From: Chloroflexota bacterium
GTDB taxonomy: Bacteria; Chloroflexota; Anaerolineae; B4-G1
Reading direction: 5' to 3'
Length of the DNA stretch: 48,624 bases
NCBI GenBank assembly: GCA_011048615.1
Contig: DSDT01000399.1
Location: forward strand, 1 to 48,624
Notes under the pieces: generated by a model
What the model was told of the DNA's origin: nothing
Database searches by the model: none
Seen by the model: the letters and a program-made list of their open reading frames with translations, nothing else
Shown: positions 32,653-41,955 of the stretch, in pieces
Layout: each line of letters begins with the position of its first letter
How positions within the stretch are numbered: position 1 is the stretch's first letter
Made by a program: the position numbers and the translations under genes

Positions 32653-34220
32653 GATGGCAGGGCGCCGACTGGAGGCGCATCCAGTCTTTTTGGCGGATCG
32701 GGCTGTTCCTGTTGGTGGGCCTCCTGGTCCGGTGGCGATTCGTGGCCCAGTCCGCCTACCCCTTGGGAGAGGGCGGCCTCTTTTATTACGTCATCCAGTA
32801 CGTCGCTGACCACGGCGCGCTGCCCGTCGAAATCCCGTACTATAGTGGCGGAATCCCCTTCGTCTATCCCCCGCTGGGATTTCTCTCCTACGGGGCGATC
32901 GTGCGGTATACGTCGCTCTCCCTCTTGACGGTGATGCGCTGGGCCAGTTTTCTCTTTTCCTCCCTCTCGTTGTTCGTCTTTGCGGCCCTGGCGCGCCGTT
33001 TTCTGCGCGAGGTGGCGTGGGAATTCGCCGTGTTGAGCTTTGCCACCTTGCCCAGCACTGTCTGGCATACCGCCGCCTCCGATAGCGTGCGCAATCTGGC
33101 GTTCGTGCTGTTGTTGGCGGGGGCTTTCTTTGCTCACGGCGCGCTGACCGAACAGCGTGGATGGCGCTGGACGGCCGCGGCCGGTCTCTTGCTGGGGCTG
33201 ACGGCGCTGGTCCATCCCCCCGCCGCGCTGGGATTGGGCTTGATCGTGGCCCTGTTCACGATCTACTATGGCGTCGAATGGGGCGGTCGCGGGTTGCTCG
33301 TCGGAGGTAGCATCGGCGGCCTCGCGGCGATCGTCATGCTGCCCTGGTTTCTCTTCTTGTACCGCAGCCACGGGCCGGGATTCGTCGCTATGTTGCGGAA
33401 TGGGTTCTTCTCCCGGCCGCACGCCACCATCTGGCTCTTTTCCCTCTTGAAATTCGGCCCCACCCGGGAACCGTTCGCTCACCTGTGGGCCGTCCTGGGC
33501 GTGGTAGGTGTGATCTGTGCGTGGGTTGCCGGGAACGGCCTTCTGGCGCTGTGGTTCCTCATCACGCCTCTCCATTGGAGCGATCACATCTACAGCCTGC
33601 CCCTGGCGCTGGGGGCCGGCTGGTCCATCGGGGAGGTCATTCTCCCCTGGATGCGGGCGCGCGTGGTCCACTCCTGGCGTGCAGTGGCAGCAGTGCTGCT
33701 CTGCGCTCTCCTGTTCTATGCGACTCTGGGGGCGACGACGCCCGCCGATTACCGCGAGATGCAGCCCCAGGTGACGAAGGCGCGGCTGGAGGCCTGGGAG
33801 TGGATGTCCGATCACCTGGCTGCCGATTCCTGGGTCACCATCGTGGGCGAGGACTCGGAGTGGGTGCCGGCCATGGCTCAGGTCTGTTCCAACATTCCCC
33901 AGGGAGCCGAGTGGACAGGTCAGTTCGTGGATTATGCCTGGATGTACAACGCGTTGGTCTCTGTGCCCACCTACGACGAGTTGCTCCGCATCCTACGTCA
34001 TTATCGTCAGCCGATTGCCTACCTGTACGTGTCCACGCCTCCCGGCTCTGGCTCTTGGGACGGCAGGGATGGAGAGTGGGTATATCATTCCGAGGGGGAA
34101 CCGCTGCGTCATCGGCAGGCGTTTCGGCGCTCTGTAGAGCAGCAGGCGTGCGTGCAGCGAGTTTACGAAAACGAGGAGGTGGTGTTGTTCGACTTGAGAG
34201 CGTGTGACCTTTCGTGGTGA
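32649..34220 (+). CDS. Large polytopic membrane protein, GT-C/ArnT-like putative glycosyltransferase
   Basis: Start ATG 32649 overlaps the mobB stop (ATGA). More than 10 TM segments, a GGIPFVYPPLGF loop, and a C-terminal soluble tail ending VYENEEVVLFDL. The functional call is by architecture only. Confidence 0.5.
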   Translation: MRWQGADWRRIQSFWRIGLFLLVGLLVRWRFVAQSAYPLGEGGLFYYVIQYVADHGALPVEIPYYSGGIPFVYPPLGFLSYGAIVRYTSLSLLTVMRWASFLFSSLSLFVFAALARRFLREVAWEFAVLSFATLPSTVWHTAASDSVRNLAFVLLLAGAFFAHGALTEQRGWRWTAAAGLLLGLTALVHPPAALGLGLIVALFTIYYGVEWGGRGLLVGGSIGGLAAIVMLPWFLFLYRSHGPGFVAMLRNGFFSRPHATIWLFSLLKFGPTREPFAHLWAVLGVVGVICAWVAGNGLLALWFLITPLHWSDHIYSLPLALGAGWSIGEVILPWMRARVVHSWRAVAAVLLCALLFYATLGATTPADYREMQPQVTKARLEAWEWMSDHLAADSWVTIVGEDSEWVPAMAQVCSNIPQGAEWTGQFVDYAWMYNALVSVPTYDELLRILRHYRQPIAYLYVSTPPGSGSWDGRDGEWVYHSEGEPLRHRQAFRRSVEQQACVQRVYENEEVVLFDLRACDLSW

Positions 34221-34455
34221 TCCTTGATGCGCGGAGCGAGTAATTGACACAAAATGTAACTGCCTAACGAAGCTAGGCCTCAAACCGACGAGGTTGAAAC
34301 TCACCGCAGAGCGCGCTGAGCCCGCTGAGAAAAACATGAGAAAACTCTGCGGTAAAATCTTGTCTCATTTGTCAAGAATTTTGGGTGTCAAGGAGTACAA
34401 GTGCGTTGCACCTTGTGATTGAGCAGTAACCACAAAATTGTAGAAAGGGGCGGAA

Positions 34456-35349
34456 ATGATGACAAAGAGAATAGCTTGGATTATCGTGGGCGTGTTGGCG
34501 CTGGTGATGCTGACCACGACGACGGCGTGGGCCAGCGACGGGGTAGCGCCGGTGGTGCAGGAGGAGATCGCGGCTGATGCCTTGTGGCTCACCCTGGCCC
34601 CGCTGATCGCGATTGCGATGTTTATCGAGCGGGCGTTGGAGGTGATCTGGGAGCGGTGGGAAAAGGCCCAGATCTGGCCGAATCCGGCCGGCGTGTCAGA
34701 TACGTCGGCCTCGGGTTATATGATGCAAAAACGGCTGCGCTCTCAGTGGCTGGGGACGGCGATCGCGTTCGCCGTCATCGGCCTGACCAACGTGCGGCTC
34801 TTTCGCCTGCTGGGTTTTGACGTGCTCTTTTCATCTCCCAACATGGTCTTGTTCGACGCGGGGATCGGGGGGATTTTCGACGCGTTTACCGTGGGCACGC
34901 TGATTGACTGGACGATGACCGCCATCATCGTCGGCTGGGGCGGCACCGAGCTGACTCACAACGTGATCGAGGGACTGGTCAAGGGGCGCGGGCTGTGGAA
35001 AGAGATGCGGAACGTCGAGGCCGGCCGCCAGTCCATCCTGGATGCCAGGTTCTTTAACGACTATATCACGCCCGAATTGGAAAAACGAGGGGTCTCGGTC
35101 GCTTCATTGCGTCAGGTGGTCGATGTGCTGAAACAGTTAGGCGTGTCGGCAGATCAGATCGTCAGTTCTATGACCACCGGCAAGGTGGACGAATTGTTGG
35201 CTCAGTTGGAGGTTCAACCGGACAAGGCGGCGGCCGCGCAGTCCTTGCGAACGTTCCTGGATGGCGTGCCTCCCGAAAAGCAGATGGAGATTCCCAACGT
35301 CCTCAACCTGTTGACCAGGGAGCAAAAGCAGCGGTTCCTGGGAGTTTGA
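34456..35349 (+). CDS. Hypothetical secreted/membrane protein (signal peptide, about 3 TM, helical C-terminal tail)
   Basis: Signal peptide ending TTAWA/SD. Hydrophobic segments follow, then a charged helical C-terminus. No motif recognised. Confidence 0.6.
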   Translation: MMTKRIAWIIVGVLALVMLTTTTAWASDGVAPVVQEEIAADALWLTLAPLIAIAMFIERALEVIWERWEKAQIWPNPAGVSDTSASGYMMQKRLRSQWLGTAIAFAVIGLTNVRLFRLLGFDVLFSSPNMVLFDAGIGGIFDAFTVGTLIDWTMTAIIVGWGGTELTHNVIEGLVKGRGLWKEMRNVEAGRQSILDARFFNDYITPELEKRGVSVASLRQVVDVLKQLGVSADQIVSSMTTGKVDELLAQLEVQPDKAAAAQSLRTFLDGVPPEKQMEIPNVLNLLTREQKQRFLGV

Positions 35350-35369
35350 ACGGTCTGGGGCTAAAAGTT

Positions 35370-35406
35370 GAGGCGGAGGCCAAGTTCTCGATTGGCCCTC
35401 CGCCTC
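35370..35406. terminator. GC-rich hairpin between convergent genes (likely copA terminator, possibly bidirectional)
   Basis: GAGGCGGAGG-CCAA / TTGG-c-CCTCCGCCTC stem (14 bp with one bulge) and an 8-nt loop. On the minus strand it is followed by CAACTTTTAG. Confidence 0.6.
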
Positions 35407-35469
35407 CCAGATATTGAAGAGACTCTTTCAACTCGCTTTGATCTCACAGGCCCGGTTTTTTGCTTGCCA

Positions 35470-37926
35470 CTACAACCTCACCCCCCGCAGCCGCAAACTG
35501 TTGCTGACGACGGTGACGGAGCTGAAAGCCATCGCGAAGGCCGCCAGCACCGGGTGAAGCTGCCGCAGGATGTCGGGGATCCAAGGCCAGGGCAGCGGCG
35601 CCAGCGCGCCCGCCGCGATCGGGATCAGGATCACGTTGTAGAAAAAGGCCCAAAACAGGTTCTGTTTGATGGTGCGCATCGTCGCCCGGCTGAGGGTCAA
35701 CGCCTGAGGTACAGAGCGTAGATCGCCTCGCATCAGCGTCACGTCGGCCGTCTCCATCGCTACGTCGGCGCCCGTGCCGAGCGCAATGCCGACGTCGGCC
35801 TGGGCCAGCGCGGGAGCGTCGTTGATGCCGTCCCCCACCATGCCGACCAGGTATCCTTCTTCTTGCAGGTGCTTGATCTGCGCGGCTTTGTCGGCGGGCA
35901 GCACCTCGGCGATGACCCGATCAATTCCCACTTGCCCGGCGATGGTCTCGGCGGTGCGTTGGTTGTCGCCGGTCAGCATCACCGTCTTCAGTCCCAGACG
36001 GTACATCTGAGCCACGGCCTCGACGGAACTATCTTTCAGCGTATCGGCGATGCCGATGACGCCGAAGGCCGCGCCGTCCACCGCGACCACGATGGCGGTT
36101 TTGGCCTCCCTCTGCAGCCGTTCGATCTCGGTCGTCAACTCATCCAGCGGGATGCCATCGGCCTCGACCCATGCAGGCTTCCCCACCACCACCGATCGCC
36201 CGTCCACCTGGGCACGGATGCCCCGGCCCGGAAGCGCCTCGAATTCCTCCGGGTCCGCCGTGGAGAGGTCCCCTTCCTCGGCGTAAGCGACGATAGCCTG
36301 TCCCAGCGGATGCTCGGAACCGCGCTCGGCCGAGGCGGTCAGGCGCAGGAGCTCGTCGCGAGTCACGCGCTCCGGGTTGGAAGCTGCGATGTCGGTGACG
36401 GTCGGTTCCCCCTTGGTGAGAGTGCCGGTCTTGTCCAGAACGACGACGTCCAGCCGGTGGGCTGTCTCCAGGGCCGCGCTGTTCTTGAACAGGATGCCTA
36501 ACGCTGCTCCCTTGCCGGTACCGACTATGATGGCGGTCGGCGTCGCCAGCCCCAGGGCGCATGGGCAGGCGATGACCAGCACCGCCACCAGGCGGATCAT
36601 CGCCGAAGTAAAGTCGCCGGCGATCCACCAGATGGCGAAGGTGAGCAGAGCGATGGTGATAACGATCGGGACGAAGACGCCGGTGACCTGGTCGGCCACT
36701 CGCTGGATGGGGGCCTTGCTTCCCTGGGCTTCCCGCACCAGGCGGATGATCTGGGCCAGCGCCGTCTCGGTGCCGACGCGGGTGGCCTCGAATTTGAGCA
36801 GTCCCTGCTTGTTGATGGTCGCGCCGATGACCTCGTCGCCGCGTTTTTTGTCCACCGGGAGCGGCTCGCCCGTCAGCATACTCTCGTCCACCGCCGAGCG
36901 GCCCTCGACGACGATGCCGTCCACCGGTATACGCTCGCCGGGCCGCACGACGACGACGTCGCCGACGCGCACCGCTTCGACCGGCACGTCCACCTCCGCG
37001 CCGTCTCGCACGACGCGGGCGGTCTTGGGGCGCAGCCCCATCAGTGTGCGGATCGCCTCGCCGGTCTGACCTTTTGCGCGAGCTTCCAACAGTTTGCCCA
37101 GTTTGATCAGCGTGATGATGACGGCCGAGGTCTCGAAATAGACGTGATGCCCGGAGCCGGGCAGGAGCAGCACAGCGATGCTGTAGACGTATGCGGCGGA
37201 CGACCCCATCGCCACCAGCACATCCATATTGGCGGTGCGGTTGCGCAGCGTGTGGTAGGAACCGACGTAGAAATCCCCACCGGTGTAGAACTGAACCGGC
37301 GTCGCCAGCGCCAGGAAGAGCCAGTTGACCCAGGCGGCGTGCGCCCAGTGGCCCAGGAGTCCAAAGTCGCGGGCCATACTGAACAGAAAGAGCGGCAGGG
37401 TGAAGATGACGCCGACCCAGAATTTGCGAGTCTGGTCGGCGATCTCGGCCTGCCGGGCCTGGGCCTCGACGTCTTCGAGGGGACGCTCGGCGTCGGCGGC
37501 GGTCTGCACCACTCCGTAACCGGCCTCCTCGATCGCCCGGATCATGTCGGCGACGGAGGCCACGCCGGGGATGTACTCGACGGTGGCCCGCTCGGTCGCC
37601 AGATTGACGCTGGCCTCGACGACGCCGGGGACTTTCAGCGTCCGCTCGATGGCAGCAGCACAGTTGGCGCAGGTCATCCCTGTAATGGGCAGCTCGACCG
37701 TGGCCGTCACGACGCCATAGCCAGCTTCTTGCACCCGCTTCACCAGGTCGGCTGGCCTCATCGCGGCCGGATCGAAGGATATCGCTGCCTGCTCGGTGGC
37801 AAAGTTCACCGCCGCATCGGAGACGCCGTCCGCCTTTTTGAGACTGCGCTCAACAGTAAAGGCGCAGTTGGCGCACGTCATCCCGGTGATGGGCAGATTG
37901 AGGTGGGTCGGTTCGGGCGTGTTCAT
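35470..37926 (-). CDS. copA: Copper-translocating P1B-type ATPase
   Basis: Two N-terminal HMA domains (GMTCANC twice), a CPC transmembrane motif (ACPCALG), DKTGTLT and GDGINDAP. Confidence 0.95.
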   Translation of the reverse strand: MNTPEPTHLNLPITGMTCANCAFTVERSLKKADGVSDAAVNFATEQAAISFDPAAMRPADLVKRVQEAGYGVVTATVELPITGMTCANCAAAIERTLKVPGVVEASVNLATERATVEYIPGVASVADMIRAIEEAGYGVVQTAADAERPLEDVEAQARQAEIADQTRKFWVGVIFTLPLFLFSMARDFGLLGHWAHAAWVNWLFLALATPVQFYTGGDFYVGSYHTLRNRTANMDVLVAMGSSAAYVYSIAVLLLPGSGHHVYFETSAVIITLIKLGKLLEARAKGQTGEAIRTLMGLRPKTARVVRDGAEVDVPVEAVRVGDVVVVRPGERIPVDGIVVEGRSAVDESMLTGEPLPVDKKRGDEVIGATINKQGLLKFEATRVGTETALAQIIRLVREAQGSKAPIQRVADQVTGVFVPIVITIALLTFAIWWIAGDFTSAMIRLVAVLVIACPCALGLATPTAIIVGTGKGAALGILFKNSAALETAHRLDVVVLDKTGTLTKGEPTVTDIAASNPERVTRDELLRLTASAERGSEHPLGQAIVAYAEEGDLSTADPEEFEALPGRGIRAQVDGRSVVVGKPAWVEADGIPLDELTTEIERLQREAKTAIVVAVDGAAFGVIGIADTLKDSSVEAVAQMYRLGLKTVMLTGDNQRTAETIAGQVGIDRVIAEVLPADKAAQIKHLQEEGYLVGMVGDGINDAPALAQADVGIALGTGADVAMETADVTLMRGDLRSVPQALTLSRATMRTIKQNLFWAFFYNVILIPIAAGALAPLPWPWIPDILRQLHPVLAAFAMAFSSVTVVSNSLRLRGVRL

Positions 37927-37929
37927 ATC

Positions 37930-38136
37930 TCACTCCGCCGGTGGATAGTTGATCTCGGCCAGCAGGGCCTTGATACCATCCCAATCGGCCGGCGCATCCC
38001 ACTCGACAGTGACCGTCTTGGTGTTCGCATCGGCATCCACACTGGTGACGCCCGCTAGTTCACCTACTTCCCGCTTGATGGTCATCACGCAGTGATTGCA
38101 ACTGATGTTTGGAACCTGGAATGTCTTGTTCGCCAT
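37930..38136 (-). CDS. copZ: Copper chaperone, HMA domain (CopZ-like)
   Basis: 68 aa with a ferredoxin-like HMA fold and CxxC as ISCNHC. It ends 3 nt upstream of the copA start. Confidence 0.85.
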   Translation of the reverse strand: MANKTFQVPNISCNHCVMTIKREVGELAGVTSVDADANTKTVTVEWDAPADWDGIKALLAEINYPPAE

Positions 38137-38243
38137 CTTGACACCTCCTAATTTAATTGATGTTTATTAACTTTACCAGCTGCAAGTGCAAAAGTCAATA
38201 CGTGGGAGGGCAACTTGGGACATTCTTATCAGGTTCTAATGAA

Positions 38244-38272
38244 TTGGTCTTGACGACAATTTGTGCTACAAT
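38244..38272 (+). promoter_or_regulatory. Extended -10 promoter (TTGGTC-17 nt-TGcTACAAT), 7 nt from ATG 38280 (probable leaderless mRNA)
   Basis: TG at 38264..38265, TACAAT at 38267..38272, ATG at 38280. No SD. Confidence 0.45.
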
Positions 38273-38279
38273 CAGGCCT

Positions 38280-39872
38280 ATGCCTGCAGAGCCTGAATCT
38301 CGAGGAGGCGTGGAGCGTAAAGAGTGGCGCTGGGTCGCGCTGGTGACGCTGGCGCTGGTCATCGTGAGCAGCCTGCCGTATGTGCTCGCCTGGGCTGCCG
38401 CGCCGGAGGACGCCCAGTTCACCGGGCTGCTGGTCAATCCCCTGGACGGCCACTCGTACATCGCCAAGATGCGCCAGGGGCTGGAAGGCTCGTGGCGCTT
38501 TCACCTGGTCTTTACGCCTGAACCACACGCGGGAGCCCCTGTCTTTCTGTTTTATTTGGTGCTGGGTCACCTGGCGCGGTGGACCGGACTGCCCCTCGTC
38601 GCCATCTACCACGCCGGCCGAGTTCTCGCGGGGGCGGCGCTGCTCGTCTTGCTCTATCGGCTCGTCACCCTGCTGATGGACGACCGCCGGCAGCGACGTT
38701 TCACGTTCTTCCTGCTGGCTCTTTCCTCCGGGTTGGGGTGGCTGGTCGCACCGCTGACGGGCTACCTGACGGCCGACCTGTGGGTCCCGGAGGCGTTCAC
38801 GTTCTACTCGATCCTATACAATCCCCACTTTCCGTTGGCCATCGGCCTGATGTTGGTCGTTTTCATCGCGTTGGCGCGCCCTGGACGGCCGCCGGGCTGG
38901 CGGGAGGGGTTCGTCGCCGTGGCCGCGTCGCTGGGTCTGGGCATAGTCCAGCCCTTTGGCGTGATCCCGGTCTATGCGACGTTGGCGGTCTGGCTGGCGC
39001 TGCGCTGGCTGCGGGACCGTCGGCTGGACAGGCGGACAGCCGGGGTGACGGCGCTGGTCGGCCTGGCGGCGGTGGCCTATCCGCTGTACGGCATGCTCGC
39101 CATCGAGGCGGACCCGGTGCTGGCGGCGTGGAACGCCCAGAACCAGACCCCCTCGCCGCCGGTGTGGGATTGGCTGCTGAGCCTGGGGGTTCTGGCGGCG
39201 TTGGCGATACCGGGGCTGGCGCTCGCCCTCCGCCGGCGCTCGGATGGAGACCTGCTGTTGGTTGCGTGGGTGCTGGCGGTCGGAGTGGGAATGTACGCCC
39301 CGCTGGCGCTCCAACGGCGGTTAGCCTTGGGGGTGCAGACGCCGGCAGCGATCCTGGCGGCGATGGGATGGTGGGAGGCAGTGCGGCCCCGTCTGCGGGC
39401 GCGCCGGCGAGGGCCGGCAGGCGGGGTGGTGCTGGGATTCTCGGCCCTGACCCACGGTTTCTTGATGGGGATGCTCGTGCTGGCGGCGCTGCAAGGGGAA
39501 CCGCGTTTCTACCTCCGCACTGGGGAGCCGCAGGCGTTCGAGTGGCTGCGGGAGCAGGTCAGTCACGACCAGGTGGTGCTATGTGCGCCGCAGAACGGAA
39601 TGTTCGTGCCGGCGTGGGCCGGTCAGCGCGTGGTCTATGGCCATCCCTTCGAGACGGTGGACGCGGAGCGGCGGGAGGTGCAGGTGGAGGCCTACTTTGC
39701 CGGCGCGATGAGTACGGCCGAGCGGGAATCGTTCTTGCAAGAGAACCGAGTGGGGTACGTGCTGGTCGGGCCGAGGGAACGGGTGCTGAAGGGCGGTGGA
39801 GTCGAGACCGGAGATTGGCCGGTGGTGTTTGAGGCTGGCGACGTGAGGATTTACCAGGTCGGTGAACGATAG
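38280..39872 (+). CDS. Large polytopic membrane protein, unassigned family 'A' (paralogue 1), GT-C-like by architecture
   Basis: Start refined to ATG 38280 (MPAEPESRGGVERKEWRWVALVTL...). It shares the signature SLPYVLAW...DGHSYIAKM...GSWRFHLVFTPEPH...FYLVLGH and the C-terminal tail ...VGPRERVL...VRIYQV with the genes at 44036 and 45652. Confidence 0.6.
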   Translation: MPAEPESRGGVERKEWRWVALVTLALVIVSSLPYVLAWAAAPEDAQFTGLLVNPLDGHSYIAKMRQGLEGSWRFHLVFTPEPHAGAPVFLFYLVLGHLARWTGLPLVAIYHAGRVLAGAALLVLLYRLVTLLMDDRRQRRFTFFLLALSSGLGWLVAPLTGYLTADLWVPEAFTFYSILYNPHFPLAIGLMLVVFIALARPGRPPGWREGFVAVAASLGLGIVQPFGVIPVYATLAVWLALRWLRDRRLDRRTAGVTALVGLAAVAYPLYGMLAIEADPVLAAWNAQNQTPSPPVWDWLLSLGVLAALAIPGLALALRRRSDGDLLLVAWVLAVGVGMYAPLALQRRLALGVQTPAAILAAMGWWEAVRPRLRARRRGPAGGVVLGFSALTHGFLMGMLVLAALQGEPRFYLRTGEPQAFEWLREQVSHDQVVLCAPQNGMFVPAWAGQRVVYGHPFETVDAERREVQVEAYFAGAMSTAERESFLQENRVGYVLVGPRERVLKGGGVETGDWPVVFEAGDVRIYQVGER

Positions 39873-41868
39873 AACGTGGGAGGATCTCCTGTGCTGCGCG
39901 CTGTTGGCTGTTCTATCCCTGGTCCTGTTGTGGCCGGTGGTGGCGCATCCGGGATGGTGGCTCTGGTCGCCGCGGGCCGAGCACCCGGACCTGGCGGTCA
40001 CTCACTGGCCGAACGCCCACCTGACGCGCCGATCGCTGTGGGATGAGGGCCGCTTTCCCCTGTGGCGGTCCACGCTGATGAGCGGGACACCCCTGGCGGC
40101 CAATCCAGTGGCCGGGTTGTACTATCCTCCCAATTGGCTGTTCCTATTTCTGCCCTGGCTGCCTCTGGAGGTGGGGTTCAACCTCTCGGCGCTGGCGCAT
40201 CTGTGGCTGGCCGGGGCGGCGATGTTCGCGCTGCTGCGGCAGGGCCTCCGCGCGGGGGCGTGGGGGGCGCTGGCGGCGGGAGTGGTGTACGAGGCGGCCC
40301 CCAAGCTGCTGGCCCACCTGGGGGCGGGGCACGTCGGCTGGATGCAGGCCTGGGGCTGGCTGCCGCTGGTGATCCTGGGTTGGATCAAGCTCGGCGACGC
40401 CGGGACGAATCGGCGGGCCGGATGGTGGATGGTGGGGGCGGCCGTGGCCCTGGCGTGCCAGTTCTGCGCGGACGTGCGGATGGCGGCGTACACATTGATC
40501 TTGGTGATGACGTGGTCGCTGGTTTCTCTCCTGCGCCGCCCGCGGGCGGCCGGGCGGTACGTGGCGCGGATCGCCGGGGTCCTCGCCCTCCTCGCGGGGC
40601 TGACGGCCTGTCAATGGCTGCCGCTGGCGGCGCTGCTGCCAGAGACGACGCGGGACGGGATGACGCTGCGTGACGCGGCAGTCTGGTCGCTGCCCTGGAG
40701 GTATCTGGCGGGCGTGTTCATCCCGGACCACGGCGGCTTTCACGAGTGGATGGTCTACGTCGGCGTGGTTCCGCTGGTGCTGGCCGGGATCGGTGCGAGG
40801 GCGGTGTGGCGCCGGCCGGGGGAGCGGTGGCTGGTCGGCTGGTTGGTGAGCGTGGGTATCGGAGCGGCCTGGTTCTCTCTGGGTGAAAACGGCGGGCTGT
40901 TCCAGCTGCTGTGGCGGCTCGTGCCGGGCCTGGGACTGCTGCGGGTGCCGCCCCGCGCCTGGGTACTGGTCCATTTTGCGGCGGCGGCGCTGGCAGGACT
41001 GGGGGTCGATGAGGTGTGGCGGGGGAGGCAGCCAGGCCGCTGGGCCGGTCCGCTGTTGCTGGCGGTCGGGACGGCCGCGCCGCTGCTGGCGGTCGGGTTC
41101 TGGCTGTCGGCGGGAGCGCTGCCCTTGAACCTGGCGCTGTTCGGTCTGCTGACGCCCCTCGTCGCGGCGCTGGTGGGGTTCGGGGCGCGAGGGCGGGCGA
41201 AACCGGGTCCGTTTTGGAGTGGCACGGCCGTCCTGCTGATCGCCATCGACCTGCTGGTGGTGGATGGGACGCTGGTGGAGGTCCGCTCGCCGGCCCAGGT
41301 GTGGGCGGATGGTCAGGCAGCGGCCGAGTGGCTGGCGGCGCAGCCCGGCGAGTTTCGCGTCTACTCGCCCAGTTACAGCCTGCCCCAACACGTGGCGGAG
41401 CGGTATGGCCTCGCCCTGGCCGACGGCGTGGATCCCCTGCAGCTGCGGGTCTATGCCGATTATCTGACCCGCGCGGCTGGACTCGATCCCCAGGCCCAGG
41501 GGTACAGCGTGACCTTGCCGCCCTTTCCCGAAGGGGCGGCCGATGTGCGCCTGGCCTTGCAGGATGTGACGCCAGACCCAGGGCTGCTGGGGGCTTTGGG
41601 CGTGCGGTACGTGGCGGCGGCTTTTCCCCTCCATCATCCCAGCTTGACCGAGGCGGCGATCCAGGACGGCGTCTACATCTATCTCAACGGCGCGGCGCAG
41701 CCGGTCATGGACGTCGAGCAGGGCATCACATTGAGTGGTGGCACGCCGCTGTTTCAGTACGATCCGACGCCGGTGTATGTGGGATGGGCGTTTTCTGGCC
41801 TGGCGGTGGGCAGTTTGCTGCTCTGGTTCCGGGCGCGGTGGAGCGATGGTGTATCCCTTGAGCGGTAG
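39862..41868 (+). CDS. YfhO-family GT-C membrane glycosyltransferase-like protein (paralogue 1)
   Basis: GTG start overlaps the upstream gene by 11 nt. N-terminal GRFPLWRSTLMSGTPLAANPVAGLYYPPNWLF pattern, typical of YfhO proteins. Many TM segments. 668 aa. Confidence 0.65.
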   Translation: MNDRTWEDLLCCALLAVLSLVLLWPVVAHPGWWLWSPRAEHPDLAVTHWPNAHLTRRSLWDEGRFPLWRSTLMSGTPLAANPVAGLYYPPNWLFLFLPWLPLEVGFNLSALAHLWLAGAAMFALLRQGLRAGAWGALAAGVVYEAAPKLLAHLGAGHVGWMQAWGWLPLVILGWIKLGDAGTNRRAGWWMVGAAVALACQFCADVRMAAYTLILVMTWSLVSLLRRPRAAGRYVARIAGVLALLAGLTACQWLPLAALLPETTRDGMTLRDAAVWSLPWRYLAGVFIPDHGGFHEWMVYVGVVPLVLAGIGARAVWRRPGERWLVGWLVSVGIGAAWFSLGENGGLFQLLWRLVPGLGLLRVPPRAWVLVHFAAAALAGLGVDEVWRGRQPGRWAGPLLLAVGTAAPLLAVGFWLSAGALPLNLALFGLLTPLVAALVGFGARGRAKPGPFWSGTAVLLIAIDLLVVDGTLVEVRSPAQVWADGQAAAEWLAAQPGEFRVYSPSYSLPQHVAERYGLALADGVDPLQLRVYADYLTRAAGLDPQAQGYSVTLPPFPEGAADVRLALQDVTPDPGLLGALGVRYVAAAFPLHHPSLTEAAIQDGVYIYLNGAAQPVMDVEQGITLSGGTPLFQYDPTPVYVGWAFSGLAVGSLLLWFRARWSDGVSLER

Positions 41869-41955
41869 TTTTTCCTCAATTCCCAGGTGGTATACTGGCC
41901 GGGATGGGGAGAGAATTACAAAGACCGAGTAAAGATGTGATTGGGAGGTGTGATA

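Noticed and set aside
34244-34268. A possible third copy of the TGTAAC element (TTGACACAAAATGTAACTGCCTAAC).
   Set aside because: Only one TGTAAC is present. There is no TGTAACCCAC 10-mer, no 11-bp phased partner and no TACATT at the right distance.
38157-38200. A candidate MerR/CueR- or CsoR-type operator in the copZ promoter region. The minus strand reads TTGACT-17 nt-TAAAGT, with a central CAGCTG.
   Set aside because: The spacer is 17 nt, not the 19-20 nt typical of MerR-family promoters. The dyad is only ACTT-N10-AAGT. No copper regulator gene is nearby. I could not support more than a plain promoter guess.
41874-41884. CAATTCCC, an 8-mer shared with the terminal inverted repeat of the 47263..47383 element, which could be a solo TIR.
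   Set aside because: It is only 8 nt, with no inverted partner or flanking duplication nearby. The match is compatible with chance.
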